From NCBI RefSeq assembly GCF_000150275.1, contig NW_002060944.1, positions 881,232 to 945,231 of the forward strand: a stretch of 64,000 bases of DNA, in the 5' to 3' direction. Below are positions 12,513-24,600 of this stretch, one piece after another; positions within the stretch are counted from its first letter, which is position 1, and the number at the start of each line of letters is the position of its first letter. The notes beneath the pieces are model-generated. The model searched no databases. It was not told where the DNA came from and saw only the letters and a program-made list of their open reading frames with translations. Position numbers and translations under genes: made by a program. This DNA comes from Trichoplax adhaerens (lineage: Eukaryota > Animalia > Placozoa).

Positions 12513-13805
12513 TCCAATAACAAAATTGCTGGTGTCTATAATAATCAGAGCAAGAATGATGCTACGCTATCAATGTATAACAGATCATGCAATACTACAT
12601 TAGCAACACTTGGTTACAAGCATCCGAGTCTTGCCAAGTCATATATCGATGCTACTGTTTATAATTATAAGAATTAAAGCAAGTACGTATGATATCGCTC
12701 TATCAATATATAACAAATCACTCAAGGTAACACTAGCAACACTTGATGACAATCATCCGAGTGTTGCCGACTCATATGACAACGTCGGTGGTATCTATAA
12801 GAATCAAGGCAAGTACCGTATGATGATGCTCTATCAATGTATAACAAATCACTCAAGATTAGACTAGAAACTTTTGGAGACAAGCATCCGCGTGTTGCCG
12901 ACTCATATAACAATATTGTAAGTGTTTATTATAATCAAGGCAAGTTTGATGGCACTCTATAATGCATAACAAATCACTCAAGATTATACACTAGCAACAC
13001 TTGGTGACAATCATCTGAGTCGGGCCGGTCATATAACAACATTGCGCTTGTCTATGCTAATCAAGGCAGTGTAGTAGTTTCAGCTAATTACAGTAAAAAT
13101 TAAAATACGGTAGTATTAAGAAGTAGAATAGTCTACTATGCTTATAAGGTAATTCCATGATTGCTGATGATGAAACGGTGTACTTATACTATTCGTACTA
13201 ATGTGTATAAGGCCGCAGTAGTCAGCTATGTAAGGTTATGCTTATGTGTAATGCCTTAATATAACTGTTAGATAATACGGTATACAATTATTATCGTGGA
13301 GAGTAACTTGATTATCCGGTTTATCTTGGCCACTTTCGACTGTTATTATGAGGGAAGAAAAGTAGATTCTTCTCTTGTCAAGCGTTCTAATAATAAATGA
13401 TTCTTTAAGGTTAAACACGGTGTTTACCTAATCTTGTGTCACGTTAGAGATTTGCTCAATTTTAATAATTCAGATTTCGAGTGAGACGATTGCAAATCTA
13501 AGGGGTTGTAAAACCCAAGCACTACAGCAAGTATGATGACGTCCTATCTATGTATAATAAATAACTCAAGATTAAACTAGTAACACTTGTAACAACCATT
13601 CGAGTTCTACCCTATCCTACCGAAATCAAGCAGCAACCTATCGTAAACAGGCTAACTACATTCAATCTATCCAATGCTATCAAAAACCAATCAATAATTT
13701 ACGTTATCTTTATGGAGATAATCATCCTCAAGTCGTCGAAGACAACACATGCAGGACGAATATTATCGTCAACTACTTTAAAATGACAGGGCCAACATCT
13801 CGTCA
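12513..13805 (+). pseudogene. Degenerate 3' tail of TPR gene 2 (frameshifted repeats plus cap homologous to the gene 1 C-terminus), interrupted by a solo LTR
   Basis: Repeat fragments in shifting frames; 'tcctaccgaaat...tatggagataatcatcctcaagtcgtc' matches 4561-4685. Confidence 0.85.
13070..13526. mobile_element. Solo LTR, family A, 457 bp
   Basis: TGTAGT...ACTACA termini; splits the TPR motif 'caaggcaagtatgatgac'; near-perfect 4-bp target-site duplication GCAG/GCAA; AATAAA inside. Confidence 0.8.
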
Positions 13806-15520
13806 CTGCAAGACTACAGTAAGATTGAATAGAATGAGGATGATTTTATCTCTATTGCAAGTGATTAATACTGTCTTCATGTATGGTTACATAATCGTTC
13901 AATATCGATTACTAGCTAGTCATAATTAAAATACACCATCAAATCATATTTGGCAGTTCTTTTACAATTTTCAGTTTAGCATTGATTAACAAACGTATTA
14001 ATAACCCTAATATTGTAAAGAGTTGATGTAAATTCTTACCAGCAATCGAATAGTCGATTCTCATCCGGTACAACGATTTGAACGAAATAGATAGAATTGA
14101 GTTCAAAGACTATGCTAATAGATTCTTAATAATAAAATAAGAAAATGGAATGTTAAAGTTAGCGTACAACAACTTGGCAAGATTATCATTGACCAGCTCT
14201 ATCTCGAAGTAACGTTCGAAATACAATAAGGCATCCAATTGTAAGCACAACTAAGAAATCAAGTTGATTCTAATAGTTAGGCTCTTTCCCATCAATGTCA
14301 CCGATGTAGTCGATAAAGTAGTCAAAATGAATTATATCACAGTAATTAACTGGTATTTTTCTTATATAGCTTATCCTAGTACCCATAAGTTCAGCAGTAG
14401 GATAGCATATATTTTATAGGATTGCTATAAGTTAGTGTACTCAAAAATCACGTCAATAGAAACAATTCATTTTAAAAAATTGTTCGTCTAGATAAAATAA
14501 TATTTATGTAGACAACAATCATTCGAGTAACTTGCTACTACAGTTCATTTTCTATCGTTCTTACATATCCCTAAAGGAATACAACAAAATCAATGCAATC
14601 TTAGGTCATTTGTTACAATCGATAGAACTCCTATATAGTAAAATAGACCATATTCTTCTTGGCTCCAAAATCAACAGTTTTGCATAAAACAATTTGAAAC
14701 ATGTTTATAAACATGTCTACTTCAACTACGATTTATCGTTTTTCAATTTGCAGCCTAAACCTAAAATTCATTTATTATTCCTTTATAAGTCGACATCACT
14801 GTCATTGATCAACTGTAACTGAGTCGCAATTTGTCACAATCGTAATGTAGTAAAGGACTAAAAGTAGAGTCCTTTGTAGCTTTTAGTATGTAACTAGTAT
14901 TATTTTACTATAGAAAATACCTAGAAAACGATAGTGTCTTTAAGTTTTACCCTGCCAAGTCATCATGTCGTCATCTTTTCTTCTTCATATTTTTACAAGG
15001 TATTATATAGATTAATTACTATAGAAGTAGCCCTAGAGCAATTGCCTAATCTAGAGAAAGGGCGTTTGATCGTCTATTCAAATTGTAAAGGAATTTGACT
15101 TAGTAACAAAACCCTATCCTTAGAGAAAGGGGATTTATAACATGACGGTAAAATACTGTAATGTAGTCTATAATCGTACAGTTAACGTACAATCTGACGC
15201 TAGAACATCAACTGTTAATACTCAGCGATACTAATGTCAGAAAAATAGTCGTAATAGTCATATAAAATTTTTTGATAAGCGATTACTGTGATCTTTATAA
15301 AATCCGGATTTTTCGGATTCGGATTCCGGAACCGGTTGGATTTATGTCCGATATAATTTTCCTGTTTTAATTTATGTCTGATATAATTTTCCTGTTTTAA
15401 TTTTTGGATTTTTGTTCATGAAAAATATCGTAAGAGTTCATTTTTGAAATTTGAACATTTTGCTATCAATTTGAAACTTTGGAATTTTATGACGTGACTT
15501 TAAAGTCACATTAGGAAAGT

Positions 15521-15840
15521 NNNNNNNNNNNNNNNNNNNNNNNNNNNNNNNNNNNNNNNNNNNNNNNNNNNNNNNNNNNNNNNNNNNNNNNNNNNNNNNN
15601 NNNNNNNNNNNNNNNNNNNNNNNNNNNNNNNNNNNNNNNNNNNNNNNNNNNNNNNNNNNNNNNNNNNNNNNNNNNNNNNNNNNNNNNNNNNNNNNNNNNN
15701 NNNNNNNNNNNNNNNNNNNNNNNNNNNNNNNNNNNNNNNNNNNNNNNNNNNNNNNNNNNNNNNNNNNNNNNNNNNNNNNNNNNNNNNNNNNNNNNNNNNN
15801 NNNNNNNNNNNNNNNNNNNNNNNNNNNNNNNNNNNNNNNN
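15521..15840. other. Assembly gap (N run)
   Basis: Run of n. Confidence 1.
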
Positions 15841-17026
15841 TCATCGGTTTTTCATGCGTGTTTATTCCTTCACATAGATGCCATTGTATTTCTTAAGTAC
15901 AAGTTATGGATTAATTATAACTATTGATTGGTTAATGCTAGTGAATACGAAATAGTTTATTTCTGTACAATTATGGAGAGCAATAAAAGCTAGTAACTGT
16001 CTACTGCTTTATTCGGTGGAAATAAACAGCTTATGCGTCTTATCAAATATCAACAATCTATTAGATACATTTTACCTTTCGATCTGCATCTCCTATTACA
16101 TTATGATAATATATGTGCTGGTAATGAAATTATGTAATTACTTGTAAGCACACGCTTTAATCGTAGCCGTAAAATGCAGAATTTAAAATAATATACCAAA
16201 TATCCTAATCGTGGATTGGTCGAATAAGAAACAAAATTTCTATATCAAAGCTGGGATGACGACCTAAACTCTAATGCTGCCTATACAAAAATCAACATGA
16301 GGTTGATTGTAATATTTTTGTAGCTAGTCGTTGCTAAATACTATTTAAGACATGTATTAATTTTTGGTTTGTATTACATGATTGGAGAAAGAGGACGAGG
16401 ACGATTATCTATCTTCTGATGCATTGTCTCCATACGACTGTATGAATAGCTGCTCTCCAGGATTGGCTACGGTATTTCTTCTTCAATGGCAATGATATAG
16501 GATTACTATAGAGCAAGGAGCCATTAAAATTCGATGAACGATGATAAGTTTTAATAGTATTAAGTTACTCATTTGATAAAAATAGCCAATTCTGATATTT
16601 TGGTATTTTGTGGACCTTATCAAATAGATGCAAAATATGATCTATGTGCACTCGGCATATATTATATTCAGTTAGTATTATCAATTATTAAGATATTAAG
16701 TATATAAGGCAAGCGTAGAATCTAATTCGATCAAATGCATGCAACTAAATCGTTTATCAAGTTTTGATGTACTTAGTTTATATATGAAGAAAGAATGTAA
16801 TAATCGAATTATGATGATTTTTAGAAGCGCAAATTTTTATAAATGTCATATTATTTTAAAAATAAAAATTATCATCTTTACAGATACAATTGAATGGTTT
16901 TAAAAGATTGTACGAATATAATTAATTCAAGATTATATATTATAGATCGTATCTGTTTTGATGTACTGTACATTCGATTACTCGTAAATAGACAATATAA
17001 GATTTACATAAAAATTGAACAATAAA

Positions 17027-17484
17027 TGTAGTGTACGAGTTGATAGCCCTAGGTTCGTAATCCGTCAACTCAAAATTCTGAGTTGTTAAAATCGAGCAAA
17101 TCCCTCATGTGACACAAAATAGTCAACACCGTATAATTGCCTGGTAACAGTTAAGTTTATTAACGTACGGGTGTCGTCCGTCGGAGAAGAATTCTAATTT
17201 CTTCCCCTCGTAATAACAGTCGAAAATGGCTAAGATAAACCGGATAATCGACCTAGCCTCCACGATAACAATTCTATACAACCTATACAAATTCTGATCA
17301 ATTGCTCCTCTACATAGGAGTCATCAATCACATTAGTACATTGCTTAATAACATTACTTAATATGGCTATCAGCTACGGCCTTATATAGCACATATTTTT
17401 CAAAGACATACTGTACAGTTCTACACTACATACTAAAACTGTATTACCTACACAAAACTACTGTAGTTAGCTGAAATCACTATA
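17027..17484. mobile_element. Second, diverged solo LTR of family A (~458 bp), inverted relative to 13070-13526
   Basis: Both ends and the centre match the reverse complement of 13070-13526, e.g. 'taataacagtcgaaaatggctaagataaaccggataatc' and 'gagcaaatc..gtgacacaa'. Confidence 0.75.
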
Positions 17485-19745
17485 GCAAAGTACTTTAGCA
17501 ATAGTCTATCAATACGTCAAATGTGAATTTAGTCCAAGCTTAGAATAAAATAAGCAGGTATTTAATTCACTGGTCTAAGTCGAATAAACTAAATTCATAC
17601 TTCGACACATGTTTGTAAGGTAGATCGACAATAAAAAATGTAGAGCGCAGGAGATTAATCCAATTACTGTAGAAAAGTGAGAAAAGACGAACAACGAATA
17701 CGATAAAGTAAATTAGGAAAATAATTATTCTTAGTAGTTATTAATGTGAGTTGTAAGATACATAGTAGAATACAATTAGTGCTGAAACACTAGATGATAC
17801 AAAGATAATGATTATACAAACTTGTATCTGTGTTTTAAGAAGTATACCTATTACAATTTGCGTAAATTTTTGATGTAAGGAATACAACGTTCAACAATTG
17901 TCAACCATTTTATCATTTTACTGCCTATACCTGGTGCATGGCGTATTGCACAATGTCTAACTTCATCCAGTGTGTTCTCTGGTAGGAGGGAATAGAATAT
18001 TAGCCATCGTCTACAAAATTAAATTTACTTTCGACAATGATCATTTGACTGTAGATTACGATATGATTTTGACAGAAGGTGAATAATTTATCTTTCTCAT
18101 TTGAGATATTATGAATTAAGTAAGAAATATTTACCCGTATACTGGTATACATGTCTAGTATCAGTTTTAACTATGCAATATTGCAGTAAATTAGTAATAG
18201 AAATATAGAAAATGTTGTTGCAAAGCGACATAATTAATAACAGAAAATGTCTAGTATCCGTTATTATTTCTGCATTGCAATATTTCTATATACTAAACTT
18301 GTTATAGACTGTAATTTACATTTACAGGAATCATTTGTAAATTATTAGTGGTATCCTACATTACAATCAATTCACATTATTTTAATTTCGCTGATAACAA
18401 TTGTATGTTACTAATACTTGTGAACATTATAGTAATTGCAGGTAAAGATAATTGTATTAGATATAGTCTAAATATTAGCAGTATTGTGTACGGTGCAGTA
18501 GTGAATAACTGTGTGTACTCAGTTATACATTTTAATCATAGCATCTACGATATATTTATTTTCAGTAACGGATAAATGTATGTTAAAATAAAAAGTTTCT
18601 ATAATTGGCTAAAATACGAGTATGTTACTAATTATAATCTTTATCCTTATAAAAGAATTTGGAAAGTAGTTGGTAACTGCAATTAGTGATAATGGCTGCA
18701 GATATCAAGATAAGTATATAGCCAGGTAAGTTTAGATGATATACTAGTTCTTTCTTGTAATCGAATGATGTAAAAATCAAGATCCTAAGCTATACTTTTT
18801 ACAAAACTTTAATTCTACTTGGTGCATCCCGGTCGACTTAATGTAGCTTTGACAACAAATAAAATAGAGAAACAATCGCACAACAATTCAAAATTTACAA
18901 AGAAATAGTCTATCAATCTTTCAAATAGCTTGTTGCTACGGCTTACAGAAAAAAGTTAACAATTTCACATGCAATCAATTGACCTACAAAGTTATTTATC
19001 TTTAACTATTTCTTCAAATATGATTCTTCTGTACTCAAAAATTTTATGATTGCAACGTCATTTACAGGCTTCGTAAACTAAATCTCCTTATGCAAATTTG
19101 ATATCGCACCAAAAATTTTCAAGTTTCCAAATTTACAGCAAAAATTCAGTTTCACAAAATTCTTACTTACTAAAATTCCCAATCAGAAAATTCAATACTT
19201 TTTATTCATCATGCAATGGTTCAAGCCGCTACCTTGCATGCGTATATAAAATCATATATTCATAGCGTAGTTATGAAATCTGTTGCTATTAATAGAGGAA
19301 AATATACGAGGCTATATTCTCTTGCTACATCTTATCATTTCTGCTCGTAACTGAAGATATAGTAATAAACCACTCAGCCGACTATCAGACATTGCATCAC
19401 ATGTAATAAAATCTACAAGTAAAAACAAATTATAATCTATGATCATCATGGTTTACACTTATGCAGCACGCGGTAATAAGTATACTAGTTTTGATAAATA
19501 ATTGAATTAGTTTATAGTAAAATCATTGTCCTAACATGTAATTAATTAATGTAGAAATTGTAATGAAATTCATAATGGTACATGGCTACAAACTACTTGT
19601 AAGTACAGTACACGGTATAAAGTTACTGAACCTCTGACAGGTCTATCAAATGGTAATACTATCTGTTAAATGAGCACATTATCGTAAACCGTCAGCAAAG
19701 CGACGGGAGTTTGTACTAGTATTATTCAAATCACGCTTGTATTAT

Positions 19746-20308
19746 TGTAACGAAACTTAGTATTGTGATTGTAGACTTTTAGCCATGTTAGTAAGATGCA
19801 CGGAAGCGTAACTTTCTATATTTATCTTAAGACGTAATTGGTAACTCGCTACTACAGACTGTCACGGTAGATTCTATGCTATAGTACAGATGACTATATA
19901 TAGCGAGGTGTTGAGTTACTATTATGGCTAGAGGTAAAAATAGAACTGTAATTCATATATTAGGATATGCTTAGTTTACCGTACTTTGACTGCTAAGAAT
20001 AATATCTACAGAAATACTGTTGTTGTTTCCATATCGGGTTAATATGGGTCCGCTGTAAAATGTTGCCACTAATAATAATTAGACTATGCGTAAATTAAGG
20101 TGGAATGTTGCTATGCTGATTGTGGCTGTGACTGTTATGACATGAATATTAGCTGGTAACTTTAGACTATTCAGTTCGTTCTTTCTGGAAGTCCTTCAAT
20201 AGTCGTTTACGGCTAGAGTAGAGTTGTGTCTAGCTAGTCTTTGTATTAGACCTAATAAAGTTCTAATTTTCTACAACTTTATAATTGCCGTGATTGGATT
20301 TTATCACA
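19746..20308. mobile_element. Solo LTR, family B, 563 bp, perfect 5-bp target-site duplication ATTAT
   Basis: ATTAT-TGTAAC...ATCACA-ATTAT; empty site 'gcattatgtacatttc' in the paralogous flank at about 9515-9530; AATAAA at about 20254. Confidence 0.82.
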
Positions 20309-21682
20309 ATTATGTACATTTCTCGCAGATTGATTTAATGTACGTACTGATCGTGCATTTCTACGTTGTTCACTTCGCTTTCGCCTATTAGATAGCTAAC
20401 TAACTGACATTATCCTCTTAGAAGCTTTTTTTGTTGTATGAAATATAGCAATCAAAAATAACCGGGACAGGGGAACTACAGTAGGATAACACTATGAATT
20501 GCATGAGAGCAATAGAACTAATAGTACCTACTGATGTGTATCAATCACGAATACCTTCTCCATAATATTTACATAAACCCTATAGATCACTCATTTCTAT
20601 ACCAATTCAAATTTCGTTAAGTAACTTTCGTATTAATATGTTTACCGAATAAGGATGGTTACTATATACAGTATTAATGGTATGTTAAGGTTGGTAAGCG
20701 AAACTGTCAAATATACGTTTATACTCAATTCGTTAATAAATTAACAGATAGTATTATCATTCGATATTATATATGTCCCAGTAATAGTAATGTACTATGC
20801 TATATTAAGATTAGTTAATGGTCCAAAGCACATTATGATAACTAATGTACGGTGATGGACATACCAAGTTAAGATTAGCAGGTACGGTAAGATATCGATA
20901 GTGCGGTTCAATGTCCTTAGTACTGGGGTCAATTCTATACCAATCATTATAATGTACCTTTAAGGATCGCTTGCGTATGCAAGCAAAGCTTGCTATGTCG
21001 ATAACAACCGTTATAAGAAAATGTAACAGTCAAAATGGCTATGTAGAAAACTCTATAACGATTCTATGTTTATTCAATTTTCATCAGAGTATTACATCAA
21101 ATCAAAGTTGAAAGGCCCAGTGGCCACCCTTAGCGATATAACGAATACTATTTTAAAAATCAGTACTCTGCAGGAATGACTACCTTAGAGCTATTCGTTT
21201 TACATGAAGAAATGTTGAGGTAAAAAGTACTGTAAAAAGAACCTTATACTGACCCATTGAAATGAGCCTATAATCACAGTCATCTAACAGTAGTATAAAT
21301 ACCCCCCGCGCTGCTCGTTTCAAGGGAGGGTGGGTACTCACTCTAGTGGGTAGGATTAAAAGCTTTAGTAGAATGGTGGCGATAATGACGCCTGCGCATT
21401 TGCCACATTGGATCGCTGATATTATAATGATGTAGGGAATAACTAATGAGCATTAACCAATTGGGGTGTATATGATCACATCAATTTAACAGTATCCTTA
21501 ACAGAAGTAGACTTTGAAATATCGATTGAACGTTGAAGATAGCTATTCTGTAGGTTTCTGTAGATCTATCACAATGGCCATTCGTATAGTTATCTAAATT
21601 TAGCGAATACATCGAGAAGAGCATAAAGTACAAATCTATTTTCTTCTATCCTATCTGTTGGTTCTTATTCAAAACTGAAAAT

Positions 21683-24600
21683 ATGGATAATCTGTCTATG
21701 ACTATTCGCAATAAAATAGAATCTCTACACAGAAAGGGTCGGAAGTATCAAAATCGTCAACGTTACAAGCGGGCGATTTATTGTTATAGAAAAGTTATTA
21801 TTCAAATAAAATCGATACTCAAAGGTAACAATAATGCTCATCAACTTGAATATAATGTTCGCCTTGATTTGGCTGATTGTTATAGAGAAAAATATCAATG
21901 GATAAAAGCCCGTGAATGGGTTAGTAAAGCAAAGAAATTAGCTAAACAACTACAAGACGAAGTGAAGATTGCAATGTGCTTGGACAGGCGAGGTGAGATT
22001 AAACGACTTGAGGGTAACTGGAGTAGCGCCTTGGCAAATTTTAAATATTCTCTTGATTTGAAATTGAAATCGTTAGGAAGTGAAAATATCGATGTTAGTG
22101 ACTCCTATAATAACATTGGCGCTGTATACACTAATCAAGGCAAGTATGGTAAGGCTTTGGCCATGTATAATAAATCAGTGGAGATTAACTCGAAAATTAA
22201 AGGCGAGAATGATGCAGGCGTTGCTACATTATATAACAACATTGGTAGTGTCTATGATAATCAAGGCAAATATGACGACGCTCTATCGATGTATAACGAA
22301 TCGCTCAAGATTAGAGTAGTAAGACTTGGTGACAATCATCTTCATGTTACCGACTCCTATAACAACATTGCGCTTGTCTATGATCATCAAGGCAAGTACG
22401 ATGACGCTCTATCAATGTACAACAAATCGCTCAAGATTAGACTAAAAACACTTGGCGATAACCATCCAAGTGTTGCCGAGTCATATAACAACATTGCACT
22501 TGTCTATAAGAATCAAGGCAAGTATGACGACGCTCTATCAATGTATAACAAATCACTCAAGATTAGACTAGAAATACTTGGTGAAAATCATCCGAGTCTT
22601 GCTACGTCATATAACAACATTGGTGGTGTTTATGATAGTCAAGGCAAGTATGACGACGCTTTATCGATGTATAACAAATCACTCGACATTAGACTAGTAA
22701 CTTATGGTAACAATCATCCGAGTGTTGCCGACTCATATAATAATATTGCAACTGTCTATTGGAATCAAGGCAAGTATAATGACGCTCTAACAACGTATAA
22801 CGAATCATTCAAGATAAGACTAGCGACACTTGGTGACAATCATTCGAGTGTTGCCGACTCGTATAACAACATTGGTGGTGTCTATTGGAATCAAGGCAAG
22901 CATGACGACGCTCTACCAATGTTTAACAAATCACTCGAGATTAGACTAAAAACACTTGGCGATAATCATCCGAGCGTTGCCGACTCATATAACAACATTG
23001 CAAGTGTCTATCATCATCAAGGCAAGTATGATGAGGCTCTATCAATGTATAACAAATCACTCAAGATTAGACTAGAAACTCATGGCGACAATCATCCGAG
23101 CCTTGCGGAATCATATAACAACATTGGAGGTGTCTATTATAATCAAGGTACGTATGATAGCGCTCTATCAATGTATAGCAAATCACTCAACATTACACTG
23201 GAAACAACTGGTGACAATCATCTGAGTGTTGCTAACTCATATAACAACATTGGGCTTGTCTATGATACTCAAGGCAAGCATGATAGCGCTCTATCAATGT
23301 ATAACAAATCACTCAACATTACACTAGAAACTTTTGGCGACAACCATCCGAGTGTTGCTACGTCATATAACAACATTGGAAGTGTCTATAAGAATCAAGG
23401 CAAGTATGACGACGCTCTAACAATGTATAACAAATCGCTCAAGATTAGACAAGAAACACTTGGCGACAATCATCCGAGTGTTGCCAAGTCTTATAACAAC
23501 ATTGCGCTTGTCTATAAGAATCAAGGCAAGTACGATGACGCTCTATCAATGTATAACAAATCACTCAAGATTAGACAAGAAACACTTGGCGATAATCATC
23601 CGAGTGTAGCCGAGTCATATAAAGACATCGCGCTTGTCTATGAGAATCAAGGCAAGTATGACAACGCTCTATCAATGTATAGCAAGTCGCTAAAGATTAC
23701 ACTAGAAATACTTGGCGATAATCATCCGAGTGTTGCCGATTCATATAGCAAAATTGCAACTGTTTATGATCATCAAGGTAAGTATGACGACGCTCTATCG
23801 ATGTATAACGAATCGCTCAAGATTAGAGTAGTAAGACTTGGTGACAATCATCTTCATGTTACCGACTCCTATAACAACATTGCGCTTGTCTATGATCATC
23901 AAGGCAAGTACGATGACGCTCTATCAATGTACAACAAATCGCTCGAGATTAGACTAAAAACACTTGGCGATAACCATCCAAGTGTTGCCGAGTCATATAA
24001 CAACATTGCACTTGTCTATAAGAATCAAGGCAAGTATGACGACGCTCTATCAATGTATAACAAATCACTCAAGATTAGACTAGAAATACTTGGTGAAAAT
24101 CATCCGAGTCTTGCTACGTCATATAACAACATTGGTGGTGTTTATGATAGTCAAGGCAAGTATGACGACGCTTTATCGATGTATAACAAATCACTCGACA
24201 TTAGACTAGTAACTTATGGTAACAATCATCCGAGTGTTGCCGACTCATATAATAATATTGCAACTGTCTATTGGAATCAAGGCAAGTATAATGACGCTCT
24301 AACAACGTATAACGAATCATTCAAGATAAGACTAGCGACACTTGGTGACAATCATTCGAGTGTTGCCGACTCGTATAACAACATTGGTGGTGTCTATTGG
24401 AATCAAGGCAAGCATGACGACGCTCTACCAATGTTTAACAAATCACTCGAGATTAGACTAAAAACACTTGGCGATAATCATCCGAGCGTTGCCGACTCAT
24501 ATAACAACATTGCAAGTGTCTATCATCATCAAGGCAAGTATGATGAGGCTCTATCAATGTATAACAAATCACTCAAGATTAGACTAGAAACTCATGGCGA

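Noticed and set aside
16585-16710. 'FCGPYQI' as a Gypsy integrase GPY/F remnant
   Set aside because: Three-residue match in a short stop-bounded frame; no supporting motifs
13070-17484. Full-length LTR retrotransposon bounded by the two family-A LTRs
   Set aside because: The copies are inverted and diverged, and the interval holds TPR tail and flank rather than gag-pol
21300-21347. Helitron-like 3' hairpin plus CTAG
   Set aside because: Imperfect stem with a long loop; no 5' TC end identified and no second copy
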